Position numbers and translations under genes: made by a program. From the NCBI GenBank assembly GCA_038998585.1, contig JAVZGQ010000002.1, forward strand, positions 6,625 through 70,624: a DNA stretch of 64,000 nt. The letters run 5' to 3'. A model generated the notes under the pieces. It ran no database searches and had not been told where the DNA came from. It saw nothing but the letters and a program-made list of their open reading frames with translations. Positions within the stretch are counted from its first letter, which is position 1. The number at the start of each line of letters is the position of its first letter. This document shows positions 34,949 through 43,955 of the stretch, piece after piece. Source of the stretch: Candidatus Aenigmatarchaeota archaeon (GTDB lineage Archaea > Aenigmatarchaeota > Aenigmatarchaeia > CG10238-14 > SCSR01).

Positions 34949-35616
34949 GAAATAGAAATTAGTATTGTATCTCTATAAACTTTTTTACCTTTTATTTTTC
35001 CTGCTATTTTTCTGGTGATTTTGATTTTAGCCATAAATCTAGCTTTAAGAATTCTAGCTATTTGATATGCAGATCTCTTAGAACCTATGTAAACATCAAA
35101 ACCATTTTCATTTTCTTTAAAACTTGAGATAAATGCCAATCTATCATATTGATTGAGATAAATAATTTGATTTTCAATCTCCTCTCTAATTTTTCCTAAT
35201 ATATTTTTTGGAGCTCTCACTTGAAGAATTGCTTGAAAATAGCCAGAATTTTTCATGGAACAAACTTGACAGATTATTTTCTTTATTCTCAAATCTATTG
35301 ATTTCTCCTCTGTTTTTTTTAAATCATTTATTTTTGTGATTAGTTTTGTGTAGATTTTACTACCGCTTATTCTGTAAGAAATGGAAGCCAATTCTTTTTC
35401 TTTTAAAAAATCTTGAAGAAAAAATTCAACCAAGTCTTCTATTGATGGAAAACATTTTTTAAAGAAAAATTTACCACATAACTTACACTCTTTAATCTCT
35501 AAAATCTCTGGCAATTTATTTAAAAAAGAAAATTTCAAAAGAAAACAATCTTCACAAAATCCTTCATATAATCTTTGGGTTTTCTTTCCACAATTTGGAC
35601 AAAACTTTTCTCTCAC
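34945..35616 (-). CDS. NMD3-family protein (archaeal)
   Basis: N-terminal Cys4 pairs FCPNCGKK...FCEDCF and CKLCGKF, size and context with translation genes. Confidence 0.55.
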   Translation of the reverse strand: MREKFCPNCGKKTQRLYEGFCEDCFLLKFSFLNKLPEILEIKECKLCGKFFFKKCFPSIEDLVEFFLQDFLKEKELASISYRISGSKIYTKLITKINDLKKTEEKSIDLRIKKIICQVCSMKNSGYFQAILQVRAPKNILGKIREEIENQIIYLNQYDRLAFISSFKENENGFDVYIGSKRSAYQIARILKARFMAKIKITRKIAGKIKGKKVYRDTILISIS

Positions 35617-35661
35617 AATAAGAAATTATTTTTAAATTAGTTAAGTTTTAAATAAAATTTA

Positions 35662-35754
35662 AGCCTCGTTAGCTCAGTCGGTAGAGCATCCGAAGAGCTA
35701 AGCTCTGGTGAACCTTGTAAGCGGAGGGTCGTGGGTTCAAATCCCACACGAGGC
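35662..35754 (+). tRNA. tRNA-Thr (UGU) with 20-nt intron inside the anticodon stem (position 30/31)
   Basis: GCCTCGT TA GCTC-AGTCGGTA-GAGC A TCCG[35692-35711]C CTTGTAA GCGGA GGGTC GTGGG-TTCAAAT-CCCAC ACGAGGC T. Removing the 20 nt restores a perfect 5-bp stem TCCGC/GCGGA. Confidence 0.8.
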
Positions 35755-35756
35755 TC

Positions 35757-36791
35757 TTACTTTTGAAGAAAATCTACATCCAAAAAATCGGCAATTTTTG
35801 TTAAGCCCAAACCTCTAATCAGAGGAAAAAATGCTAGCATAGAAAATCCGGAAAAAATTCGTTTAAAAAATAATCCTTGTTTGATTGGCCATACTAACTT
35901 TTCCTTCCATTTTTTATCATAATTTTCAATAAAAAATTTTTCTGAAAAATCATTTTCCTCTAAACTTTTGACAATTGCTCTGCCTGCAATTTCTGAACAA
36001 ATTTTATTGTAAACCAAGCCACCACCAGAAAAAGGTTTGACTTGACATGCGGCATCACCAACCAACAAGACATTATTCGCAACTGATTTTTCAATTATTC
36101 CATACCTTATCACATCCCCAATCTTGTTGTAAGTTTTAACTCTACCAAATCTTTCTTTCAAGAATTTTTCAAAATATTTATCCGAATTTTTTTCACTCAT
36201 TATACCAACTCTAGCTGTTTTTTCATTCTCTGGAACGATCCAAATAAACCCATTAATAATTTCTGACTCAAAATAAAGATCAACCACATTAACATCAAAA
36301 CTTGATTCAAGGTTAACCTGCAAAGCAAACAATAAATTTTTTGGGGGATCTATTTTAGACTTTTTAGCAACAATAGAATTTGGGCCATCTGCACCTACCA
36401 AAACCTTGGTCTGAAATATACCTCTTGTTGTAAATATCATACCCATTTTAAAATCTAAAAATCTTGTTGATGTGTTAATTTTGACTCCAGCTTTTTCAGC
36501 TTTTTTTGCCAGCCACAAATCGTATTTTCTTCTATCCAAAACAAACATGGGCTCTTTTGAATTAATCTCAAAAAATTCTTTGTTATAGAAAAATCTTGCC
36601 TTTTTTATTTTATTTAAAATTATTTCTTTTGGAATTTTGCCAATCTTTTTGCTAACCAAGCCTGTACACTGAACTGGCTCTCCAATTTTTTGATGTTCTT
36701 CCAAAATCAAAACCCTATATCCTTTTTTAGAAACGATTTCACCCGTCCTACATCCGGCTGGACCAGCGCCAACTATAATACAATCAAACAA
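35757..36791 (-). CDS. geranylgeranyl reductase family flavoprotein
   Basis: FDCIIVGAGPAGCRTGE FAD motif and VGDAACQVKPFSGGG. Confidence 0.75.
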   Translation of the reverse strand: MFDCIIVGAGPAGCRTGEIVSKKGYRVLILEEHQKIGEPVQCTGLVSKKIGKIPKEIILNKIKKARFFYNKEFFEINSKEPMFVLDRRKYDLWLAKKAEKAGVKINTSTRFLDFKMGMIFTTRGIFQTKVLVGADGPNSIVAKKSKIDPPKNLLFALQVNLESSFDVNVVDLYFESEIINGFIWIVPENEKTARVGIMSEKNSDKYFEKFLKERFGRVKTYNKIGDVIRYGIIEKSVANNVLLVGDAACQVKPFSGGGLVYNKICSEIAGRAIVKSLEENDFSEKFFIENYDKKWKEKLVWPIKQGLFFKRIFSGFSMLAFFPLIRGLGLTKIADFLDVDFLQK

Positions 36792-36844
36792 ATTAATCTC
36801 CTATAGAAATATTTTGCTGAAAAATTAAAAATTTAAAATTTAAT

Positions 36845-37549
36845 CTATCTACCAAAATTTCTTTGAACAGAACTATACCATTTAATTGCTTTAATCAAAT
36901 CTTTTTTAGAAAAGTCTGGCCAAAGTGTCTTTGTAGTATAAATCTCGGCGTAAGCTGCCTGTACTAACATAAAGTTTGATAATCTAGAGAATCCGCCCGT
37001 CCTTATAACAAGGTCAAGAGGTACTGGAACAAGTAGATTAGCTTCTATATCCTTTTCCGTAATTTCTATTCTACCAAGCTTTATTATATTTTCTACAATT
37101 TTCTTTATTGCTTGAATCAGTTCAAACTTCCCACCATAAGCTACCATTATATTCAAAGCTCTTTTTTGATATTTTGCCGTCTTTTGCATTATTTCCCCCA
37201 TAAGCTTGACAAGCCTTGCTGGTAATCTTTCTAAGTCTCCGACAAATCTAACCCTGACTTGATATTTGTCAAGAAAGCTTCCGTTCTTTTTTTCCCATTC
37301 CTCAAGATATTTGTAAAATAATTTGAAAATTTCTTTTAGTTCTTTTTTAGGCCTATCTAAATTTTCTGTTGATAGAACATAGGCTGAAACTTGTGGTATT
37401 CCAAGCTCTACACACCACTTTAAGAATTCTTCAAATTTCTTTGCTCCATGCTTATGACCTTCCCATGGATGTAAACCATGGAGTCTAGCCCATCTTCTAT
37501 TTCCATCTAAAATTACACCCAAGTGATTTGGAAGTATTAATCCATTCAC
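36845..37549 (-). CDS. uppS: cis-prenyltransferase (undecaprenyl/di-trans,poly-cis-polyprenyl diphosphate synthase)
   Basis: HLGVILDGNRRWA and DLVIRTGGFSRLSNFMLVQAAYAEIY. Confidence 0.9.
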   Translation of the reverse strand: MNGLILPNHLGVILDGNRRWARLHGLHPWEGHKHGAKKFEEFLKWCVELGIPQVSAYVLSTENLDRPKKELKEIFKLFYKYLEEWEKKNGSFLDKYQVRVRFVGDLERLPARLVKLMGEIMQKTAKYQKRALNIMVAYGGKFELIQAIKKIVENIIKLGRIEITEKDIEANLLVPVPLDLVIRTGGFSRLSNFMLVQAAYAEIYTTKTLWPDFSKKDLIKAIKWYSSVQRNFGR

Positions 37550-37620
37550 TCACCACACCCCTTTCCATAAATCTTTATATAGATAATAAATACTTTTAGA
37601 GTAGAAAAAATTAAAAATAA

Positions 37621-37728
37621 GGGGTCGTCGTCTAACCAGGTAGGACAACAGGCTCCAGCATTCAAGTGGAGCTCTGATATAAAATATGAAGAAACCTGTA
37701 CGCGGGGGTTCAAATCCCTCCGACCCCA
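37621..37728 (+). tRNA. tRNA-Trp (CCA) with 35-nt canonical intron
   Basis: GGGGTCG/CGACCCC acceptor, GTCT-AACCAGGTA-GGAC D-arm, ACAGG/CCTGT anticodon stem, loop CTCCAG[37659-37693]A and GGGGG-TTCAAAT-CCCTC T-arm. Confidence 0.85.
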
Positions 37729-37839
37729 TCTAGACAAGTTCTAAGTAAAACTCTTCAAATTAATGTAGATCGATAAATTTGATCAACAATAGGATATACT
37801 AATGCTTGATAAATGACCCGACTTTTTATAAATTAAAAA

Positions 37840-38484
37840 TTATTTTTCTTTTAATTCAACAAAAACTACTGGTCCTAAATTTTTTTTAATTATTTTTCCT
37901 TCTTTTGTTTTTTCTAAACAGATCAAATTCTGCTCATAAGTTGGTCCTAAAGGTGTGATTAAAATACCTCCTGGATTGAGCTGTTCTATCCAAGCTTTTG
38001 GTACTTTTTTCCTAGGAGAAGCACTTGAAACTATTTTATCAAAAGGTGCAAATTCTGGCAGGCCTTTTGAACCATCGCCAAGCAAAAGCTTAACTTTATT
38101 CCAATATCCAGTTTTCTTCAAATTTTTCTTGGCAAACTCATAAGCCTCAGGAATTATTTCTATTCCATAAACCTCTCCTTTTTTACCAACAATTTCCTTT
38201 ATGTAACAAAGTAAAATTCCGCTACCTGCACCAATCTCCAAAACTTTTTCTCCAGGCTTTAGATTTAAAGCTGAAAGTAAGATACAGTGCATATGTTCCG
38301 CTGAAATTGTTACACCACCAGGAATTGGTAAAGGTGTGTTAGAATAAGCTTGGTTCCTATATTCTGGGAGAACAAAATCTTCCCTCTTAACTTTAAGCAT
38401 AGCTCTCTTAATAGCAGAATATTTTATGTAGCCACAATTTTCCAAGAATTGAACCATTTCTTTTCTCTGTTTGTCTAAATTCAC
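37840..38484 (-). CDS. pcm: protein-L-isoaspartate O-methyltransferase
   Basis: TISAEHMH and VLEIGAGSGILLCY. Confidence 0.85.
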   Translation of the reverse strand: MNLDKQRKEMVQFLENCGYIKYSAIKRAMLKVKREDFVLPEYRNQAYSNTPLPIPGGVTISAEHMHCILLSALNLKPGEKVLEIGAGSGILLCYIKEIVGKKGEVYGIEIIPEAYEFAKKNLKKTGYWNKVKLLLGDGSKGLPEFAPFDKIVSSASPRKKVPKAWIEQLNPGGILITPLGPTYEQNLICLEKTKEGKIIKKNLGPVVFVELKEK

Positions 38485-38516
38485 ATTTAATTATTTAGAA
38501 AAAAATAAATTCATTT

Positions 38517-39335
38517 ATGCAGACTCCCGAACAGATTATTGAAAAAATAAAGTCTGTCCAAGTTCAGGGTGCAAGAGAAATAGCTCTTTATTCTTTACAC
38601 TACTTGAGAAGGTTTTGTGAAAAGAACGGTTTTGGCTTAAAATTTGAAGTTGTTGCAATGATGCTTGAGAATGCTAGACCAACTGCAGTTGTTTTACATA
38701 ACTGTCTAGAAATCTTGAAAAAAGAAAGGAAATTGAAGACTATTGATAAGCTTATAAAAGAACTTAAAGATTCTACCGAAAAAATTGGAAAAATTGGTCA
38801 GAAAATCATAAATAACGGGCAAAAAATATTAACTCATTGCCATTCTGGAGAAGCTTTATCTGTAATAAAAGAAGCTGCAAGACAAGGTAAAAAAATTTCT
38901 GTTTATGCTACAATCACAGAGCCTTTAAAGCAAGGGATAAAAACTGCTAAAGAATTAGCGAGAGAAAAAATCCCTGTAACTTTGTCTGAAGATATAGCTG
39001 TCGGGCATTTGATGCACTATGCTGATATTGTTTTGGTGGGGTCTGATGCCATTAGAAAGGATGGTTTTGTGAATAAAGTTGGTACTTGGCTCATAGCAGA
39101 AGAGGCTAAAAGACATAAAAAACCTTTATATGTTGTTGGGAGCAGATTCAAATTTGATTTGAGAAAAAAAATTGTTTTAGAAGAAAGACCAGCCTCAGAA
39201 GTTTTGTCAAAACCTATAAAGGGGGTAAAGATAAGAAATCCCGCTTTTGATCTTGTACCTTGGAATTATGTGACTGCTGTTATAACAGATAAGGGTATTT
39301 TAAAACCAGAAAAAATCAAAGAGATGTTGAGATGA
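38517..39335 (+). CDS. e2b2: ribose-1,5-bisphosphate isomerase (eIF-2B alpha/beta/delta family)
   Basis: ILTHCHSGEAL and VGSDAIRKDGFVNKVGT. Function assigned from the operon with type III RuBisCO and AMP phosphorylase. Confidence 0.75.
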   Translation: MQTPEQIIEKIKSVQVQGAREIALYSLHYLRRFCEKNGFGLKFEVVAMMLENARPTAVVLHNCLEILKKERKLKTIDKLIKELKDSTEKIGKIGQKIINNGQKILTHCHSGEALSVIKEAARQGKKISVYATITEPLKQGIKTAKELAREKIPVTLSEDIAVGHLMHYADIVLVGSDAIRKDGFVNKVGTWLIAEEAKRHKKPLYVVGSRFKFDLRKKIVLEERPASEVLSKPIKGVKIRNPAFDLVPWNYVTAVITDKGILKPEKIKEMLR

Positions 39336-40552
39336 AGTACTTGGACTATATTGACCTTGAATACGAACCAAGAAAAAATGATTTGATTTGTTTGTTTAGG
39401 GTTGAACCGGCAAAAGGAATAAGTATGAAAAAAGCAGCTGGAAGTATTGCGGCTGAAAGTTCTACAGGAACATGGGTACATGTAAAAACAGAGAAGCCTT
39501 ATGTTAAAAAACTAGCTGCAAAAGTTTTTGATATAAAAAGAAATTTAGTAAAAATTGCTTACCCTATTGATCTTTTTGAACCGGGTAATATGCCAAACAT
39601 TATGAGTAGTGTGGCAGGAAATGTTTTTGGTATGAAAAATTTAAAAAATTTAAGGCTTAACGATATCCATTTCCCAGAAAAATTATTGAAAAGTTTTAGA
39701 GGACCAAAATATGGAATAGATGGAATAAGAAAAATTTTAAAAGTAAAAGAAAGACCATTAATAGGAACTATAATTAAACCAAAAGTTGGTCTTAAGAGTA
39801 AAGATCATGCAAAGATTGCTTATGAAGCTTGGGTTGGAGGTTGTGATATTGTAAAAGATGATGAGAACCTAGGCAATCAAAAGTTCAACAAATTTAAAGA
39901 AAGGCTTGAAAAAACTCTCAATATGAAAGAAAAGGCTGAAAAAGAAACCGGAGAAAAGAAAATTTATATGGTGAATGTAACGGCCGAGACAGAAGAAATG
40001 TTAAGAAGAACAAAAATTGTTGAAGAAATGGGAAATGAATATGTCATGGTCGATATAATAACAGTCGGTTGGTCTGCCTTACAAACTTTAAGAAATCATG
40101 ATTTTGATTTGGTTTTGCATGGGCATAGGGCAGGCCACGCCATGATGACAAGAAATCCTAAGCATGGAATTTCTATGAAAGTTTTGGCAAAACTGAATAG
40201 AATTGTGGGTATTGATCAATTGCATGTTGGTGCTATTGGAAAAATGTTTGAAGAAAAGAAGGAAGTTTTGGAAAATCTAGAAGCAGTTAAAGAGGAAATG
40301 TACAAACTAAAGCCTGTTATGCCTGTAGCTTCTGGTGGTCTCTCTCCAGTTGATATTCCAAAAATATTTGAAATTTTTGGAAAAGATGTGGTTATTCAAG
40401 CAGGAGGAGGGATTCACGCGCACAAACTTGGTACAAGAGCTGGTGCTGCAGCAATGAGGCAAACATTAGAGGCCATACTAAAAGGAATAAGCTTAGAAGA
40501 ATATATCAAGAATCATAAAGAACTCAAAATTGCTTTGGAGGAATTTAAATGA
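39332..40552 (+). CDS. rbcL: type III ribulose-1,5-bisphosphate carboxylase large subunit
   Basis: GTIIKPKVGLK, GGCDIVKDDENL, LHGHRAGHA and QAGGGIHAH active-site segments. There is a 4-nt overlap with e2b2. Confidence 0.9.
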   Translation: MKYLDYIDLEYEPRKNDLICLFRVEPAKGISMKKAAGSIAAESSTGTWVHVKTEKPYVKKLAAKVFDIKRNLVKIAYPIDLFEPGNMPNIMSSVAGNVFGMKNLKNLRLNDIHFPEKLLKSFRGPKYGIDGIRKILKVKERPLIGTIIKPKVGLKSKDHAKIAYEAWVGGCDIVKDDENLGNQKFNKFKERLEKTLNMKEKAEKETGEKKIYMVNVTAETEEMLRRTKIVEEMGNEYVMVDIITVGWSALQTLRNHDFDLVLHGHRAGHAMMTRNPKHGISMKVLAKLNRIVGIDQLHVGAIGKMFEEKKEVLENLEAVKEEMYKLKPVMPVASGGLSPVDIPKIFEIFGKDVVIQAGGGIHAHKLGTRAGAAAMRQTLEAILKGISLEEYIKNHKELKIALEEFK

Positions 40553-40827
40553 TAAAAAGTTTGTTGGTCAACATGCTTCTCTTTACCTTAGCTTTTTCAA
40601 TCATACTTTTCCATAAATCAACAAAAGATTTTTGTATATTTGATCGGGATTGTGAGTGGGAAATTATAAATTGTTGTACAGAACAGGAAGGAGCAAAATG
40701 GGAATGTGTTAATATTAAATCTTTTATTGAGCTTGAATGCCCAAAATATGTAATATGTCCAAAAATTATATCTCCAAAACCAAATTTATCTTGTAAGTGT
40801 AAAGAAGGAAGATGTGTGGTTGGATGA
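40549..40827 (+). CDS. 92-aa Cys-rich membrane-anchored or secreted protein (10 Cys), hypothetical
   Basis: ATGA start/stop overlaps with rbcL (40549-40552) and with deoA (40824-40827). N-terminal hydrophobic helix LLVNMLLFTLAFSIILF, then a Cys-rich 65 aa. Confidence 0.55.
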   Translation: MIKSLLVNMLLFTLAFSIILFHKSTKDFCIFDRDCEWEIINCCTEQEGAKWECVNIKSFIELECPKYVICPKIISPKPNLSCKCKEGRCVVG

Positions 40828-42365
40828 AGCTAAAAACAAAAATTCTAGAGCTTGAAACTGGTGGTAAGCCAATAGTTATAGTTAATAAAGAAGATGCTGA
40901 AGAATTAGGGATAAGGAGCTTATCCAGGTTAGTTATAAAAAAGGGAGAAAAGAAGTTAACAGGAATAGCTAACATAACAACAAAAATTGTTGGTCGGGGT
41001 AAAATTGGTGTTAATGAAAGTATTGCTAGAGTTTTGAATCTAGCTGACAAGGAAGAAGTTGAAATTGAAGTCGCAAAGTTTCCTTCCTCCCTTCAACACA
41101 TCAAAAACAAGCTGAAAGAGAGAAAGCTAAGTTATAAAGAAATTTTTGAAATAGTAAAAGATGTTGTTGAAGGAAATTTGAGCGAAGGCGAAATAGCCTC
41201 CTTTGTCGTAGCCTTGGAAGCTAAAGGCTTAGATTTAGATGAGGCAGCAAGCTTGTCTTTAGCAATGGTTGAAACTGGTAAAAAGCTTGGACTTAAAAAG
41301 AAAATAATAGTCGATAAACACAGCATTGGTGGAATTGCTGGAGATAAAACTACTTTACTTGTTGTGCCTATAATTGCTGCTTCCGGCTTAGCAATACCAA
41401 AAACTTCATCTCGTGCTATAACAGGAGCTGCTGGAACTGCTGATAGAGCCGAGTGCTTAATGCCTGTTAGCTTAAGTATAGAAGAGATGAAAAAGGTTGT
41501 GGAAAAAACAAATGGTTGTATAGCTTGGGGAGGGGCTTTACACTTGGCTCCAGCTGATGATATGTTTATACAGGCAGAATATCCTTTAACTATAGACCCT
41601 ATGCTTTTACCATCTATAATGGCGAAAAAAAAGGCCGTTGGAGCAAAGTTTTTAGTTGTTGATATACCAACAGGAAGAGGAGCAAAAATGAAGACTATAG
41701 GGGATGCTAACTTGCTTGCAAAGGATTTCATTGAGCTTGGTGAAAGACTGGGAATAAAAACGCAATGTGCTATTACTGATGGTGAACAGCCTTTGGGGTA
41801 TGCTGTTGGACCGGCTTTGGAAGCAAGAGAAGCTCTGGAAGTTTTGATGGGAAAGAATGTCCAAGATCTTGTGGATAAAGCTGCGCATTTGGCTGGAATA
41901 TTGTTTGAGATGGTTGGGAAAAGAGATGGTTATAAGCTTGCTCTTGAAATCTTGAATTCTGGAAAAGCTGAAAAGAAGATGAGGGAAATAATTGCAGCCC
42001 AAGGAGGAAATAAAAAGATTAGACCAGAAGAAATTCAAATCGGCCAAAATAAGCTTGATATAATTGCTGAAAAAAGTGGGATTGTCCTTTGGCTTAACAA
42101 TGTTGGAATAAATGAAGTTGCAAGGGCTGCGGGCTCACCAAAAGATAAAGGCGCGGGTCTACTACTTTACAAGAAGCTGAATGATAAAGTGTTTAAAGGG
42201 GAAAAACTGCTAACAATATTTGCAGAAAAGTCAAGGAAACTTGAAAGAGCAAAAGAAGTTTTTGAAGAAAATGGTATAATTGGTGTTGGTGATAGAAGAG
42301 AAATGTTAATTCAGCAAGTAAAAGAAATTCCAATACATAAAAAGACTTTCATTCTTGAAAGATAA
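40824..42365 (+). CDS. deoA: AMP phosphorylase (thymidine phosphorylase family with N-terminal extension)
   Basis: MKLKTKILELETGGKPIVIVNKEDAEELGI N-domain, VDKHSIGGIAGDKTTLLVVPIIAASG. Start moved to ATG 40824. Confidence 0.85.
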   Translation: MKLKTKILELETGGKPIVIVNKEDAEELGIRSLSRLVIKKGEKKLTGIANITTKIVGRGKIGVNESIARVLNLADKEEVEIEVAKFPSSLQHIKNKLKERKLSYKEIFEIVKDVVEGNLSEGEIASFVVALEAKGLDLDEAASLSLAMVETGKKLGLKKKIIVDKHSIGGIAGDKTTLLVVPIIAASGLAIPKTSSRAITGAAGTADRAECLMPVSLSIEEMKKVVEKTNGCIAWGGALHLAPADDMFIQAEYPLTIDPMLLPSIMAKKKAVGAKFLVVDIPTGRGAKMKTIGDANLLAKDFIELGERLGIKTQCAITDGEQPLGYAVGPALEAREALEVLMGKNVQDLVDKAAHLAGILFEMVGKRDGYKLALEILNSGKAEKKMREIIAAQGGNKKIRPEEIQIGQNKLDIIAEKSGIVLWLNNVGINEVARAAGSPKDKGAGLLLYKKLNDKVFKGEKLLTIFAEKSRKLERAKEVFEENGIIGVGDRREMLIQQVKEIPIHKKTFILER

Positions 42366-42382
42366 AAAAAGGGAAGAAAAGT

Positions 42383-42664
42383 TTACTTCCCAAGCGTTAT
42401 TGTTATTGTTGACACATTGATCTTCGTCTTGTCTTCAAGTTCTTTTTCTTCTGTCCCTATTTCAATGTTCTTAACCTTAGCATCTGTAACAAACCTTCTT
42501 GTTACTATTTCTGCAACATCCACTGCCCTGGAAATTGCTCTACCTCTCGCTTTTATTTGAACCTCTTTCTTTCCATTGTTAAATTGAGTTATTACTCCCA
42601 ACACATAAGCCATAGAAGACTTCTTACCCACGAAGATCACATTGTCTTCTGATTTTTCTGCCAT
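42383..42664 (-). CDS. albA: chromatin/RNA-binding protein Alba
   Basis: [47 protein letters not shown]. Strong SD AGGAGGTG upstream. Confidence 0.9.
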   Translation of the reverse strand: MAEKSEDNVIFVGKKSSMAYVLGVITQFNNGKKEVQIKARGRAISRAVDVAEIVTRRFVTDAKVKNIEIGTEEKELEDKTKINVSTITITLGK

Positions 42665-42759
42665 TCAACCACACCTCCTGTTTTTTGGCAATTGTTTTGT
42701 TATTGAATTATTTAATTTTAGTGTAAAAATATTTAAAAGCTTATTTAAGTTGTGTATAC

Positions 42760-43641
42760 TTATCTTCTTGTTATATTTCTCAATTCGTTTAATAAAGCAT
42801 CTATGTTTACATTTGTTGGTGAATCCCTGGCGTTCCATGCCTGTTGCCAAAGATTAAAACTCCTTAGATCGGCTTCGAAGTTTGAAAGAAAAGATGTTAG
42901 TTCAGTTCTTCTAACATCACCTTCCGGCAAATTTTTTATATTTTCTAACCTATCTATCATCTGATCTATTCTTCTCCTGATGCTATAAGAATATTTTTCA
43001 TACTCAGCACGCTCCTTAGCTAGACGACTAACACCACGGAAGAAAGCTCCAAAAATAAATGTTGCGGCAAAAATAACAACAGACCAAGCACCCATAAAGC
43101 TGAAAAGAACCAAAACTATTTTTGTGAACCAACCTAGAGGAATTGTCATAAATGCTATTATAACAGCAAGAATTCTATTCACTCTTGGCAATTCTTCAAA
43201 AATTTTAAGGGAAGTTAAGAATGCCCAAACAAGAGTATAAATTGCTGTAAACGGTAAAATAAAAAGATAAATTATGGCTGGTACATATCCCCATTCCCTT
43301 GGCAAACCTATCAACTCTAGGATATATTGAGCTGGTTCTGGTATAGGTTGATATTTAAAACTTTGTGGGACTTCAAGATATTCTGGAAACGGAATGAATT
43401 GTGGTATTATGAATAAAAGAACTATTAAAATGATGAAAAGTATTAAAGTTAATGATATTCTACCCTTTGGCTTTGGTAACACCCCACCCACGGCAAGCAA
43501 TATTATTATGAATATGAGAATGAAGATTATGCTAACAAACCGTGTTAGAATATAAATTAACTGAGAAGCGATATCTTGAGCAAAGGCTGAGCTAGCAAAA
43601 AGAAATAAGAAGAATAGTAATGAAAGGGCTTTTTTCCACAT
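42760..43641 (-). CDS. polytopic membrane protein with signal peptide, LPF...LKIF motif family (hypothetical)
   Basis: Signal peptide ending AFA/QD, about 6 TM, internal LFILPFTAIYTLVWAFLTSLKIFEE and a charged C-terminal helical tail. Confidence 0.5.
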   Translation of the reverse strand: MWKKALSLLFFLFLFASSAFAQDIASQLIYILTRFVSIIFILIFIIILLAVGGVLPKPKGRISLTLILFIILIVLLFIIPQFIPFPEYLEVPQSFKYQPIPEPAQYILELIGLPREWGYVPAIIYLFILPFTAIYTLVWAFLTSLKIFEELPRVNRILAVIIAFMTIPLGWFTKIVLVLFSFMGAWSVVIFAATFIFGAFFRGVSRLAKERAEYEKYSYSIRRRIDQMIDRLENIKNLPEGDVRRTELTSFLSNFEADLRSFNLWQQAWNARDSPTNVNIDALLNELRNITRR

Positions 43642-43706
43642 AAATTTTATTTAGACTGTTAAGAATATAAGTTTGAATTTGTTGGGTATTATAAAAAATT
43701 TATTTT

Positions 43707-43955
43707 TTATCCCCCTCTTCTAGAGAGATATAATAAAGCAATAAAAAAAGCTATGAAAAGTGAGAAAAATAAAAATGCTAAAATTTGAAGCAAATTTTCA
43801 AAATAATAAATTGAAGCAAAAAGTACATAAAATCCTATAACAATTGAAATAACTAAATTTATTTTAGAGTGGAATACTTTAGATTTTCTTAAAAAAGCAT
43901 AAGAAATTAAAAAGCTTAGAATGAAGAGCAATGATTGAAAAATTGTTTCCATCAT
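43707..43955 (-). CDS. small membrane protein, same motif family (hypothetical)
   Basis: 82 aa. LLFILSFLISYAFLRKSKVFHSK followed by 2 TM. Confidence 0.45.
   Translation of the reverse strand: MMETIFQSLLFILSFLISYAFLRKSKVFHSKINLVISIVIGFYVLFASIYYFENLLQILAFLFFSLFIAFFIALLYLSRRGG

Noticed and set aside
37546-37737. A 63-aa minus-strand ORF lies between uppS and pcm.
   Set aside because: It lies entirely over the plus-strand tRNA-Trp gene (37621-37728). The ORF is kept open by the GC-rich tRNA sequence.
41132-42047. Minus-strand ORFs of 199 and 131 aa lie inside the AMP phosphorylase gene.
   Set aside because: They are antisense to a gene with strong family motifs. The products are Ala/Ser/Pro/Ile-rich with no recognisable features.
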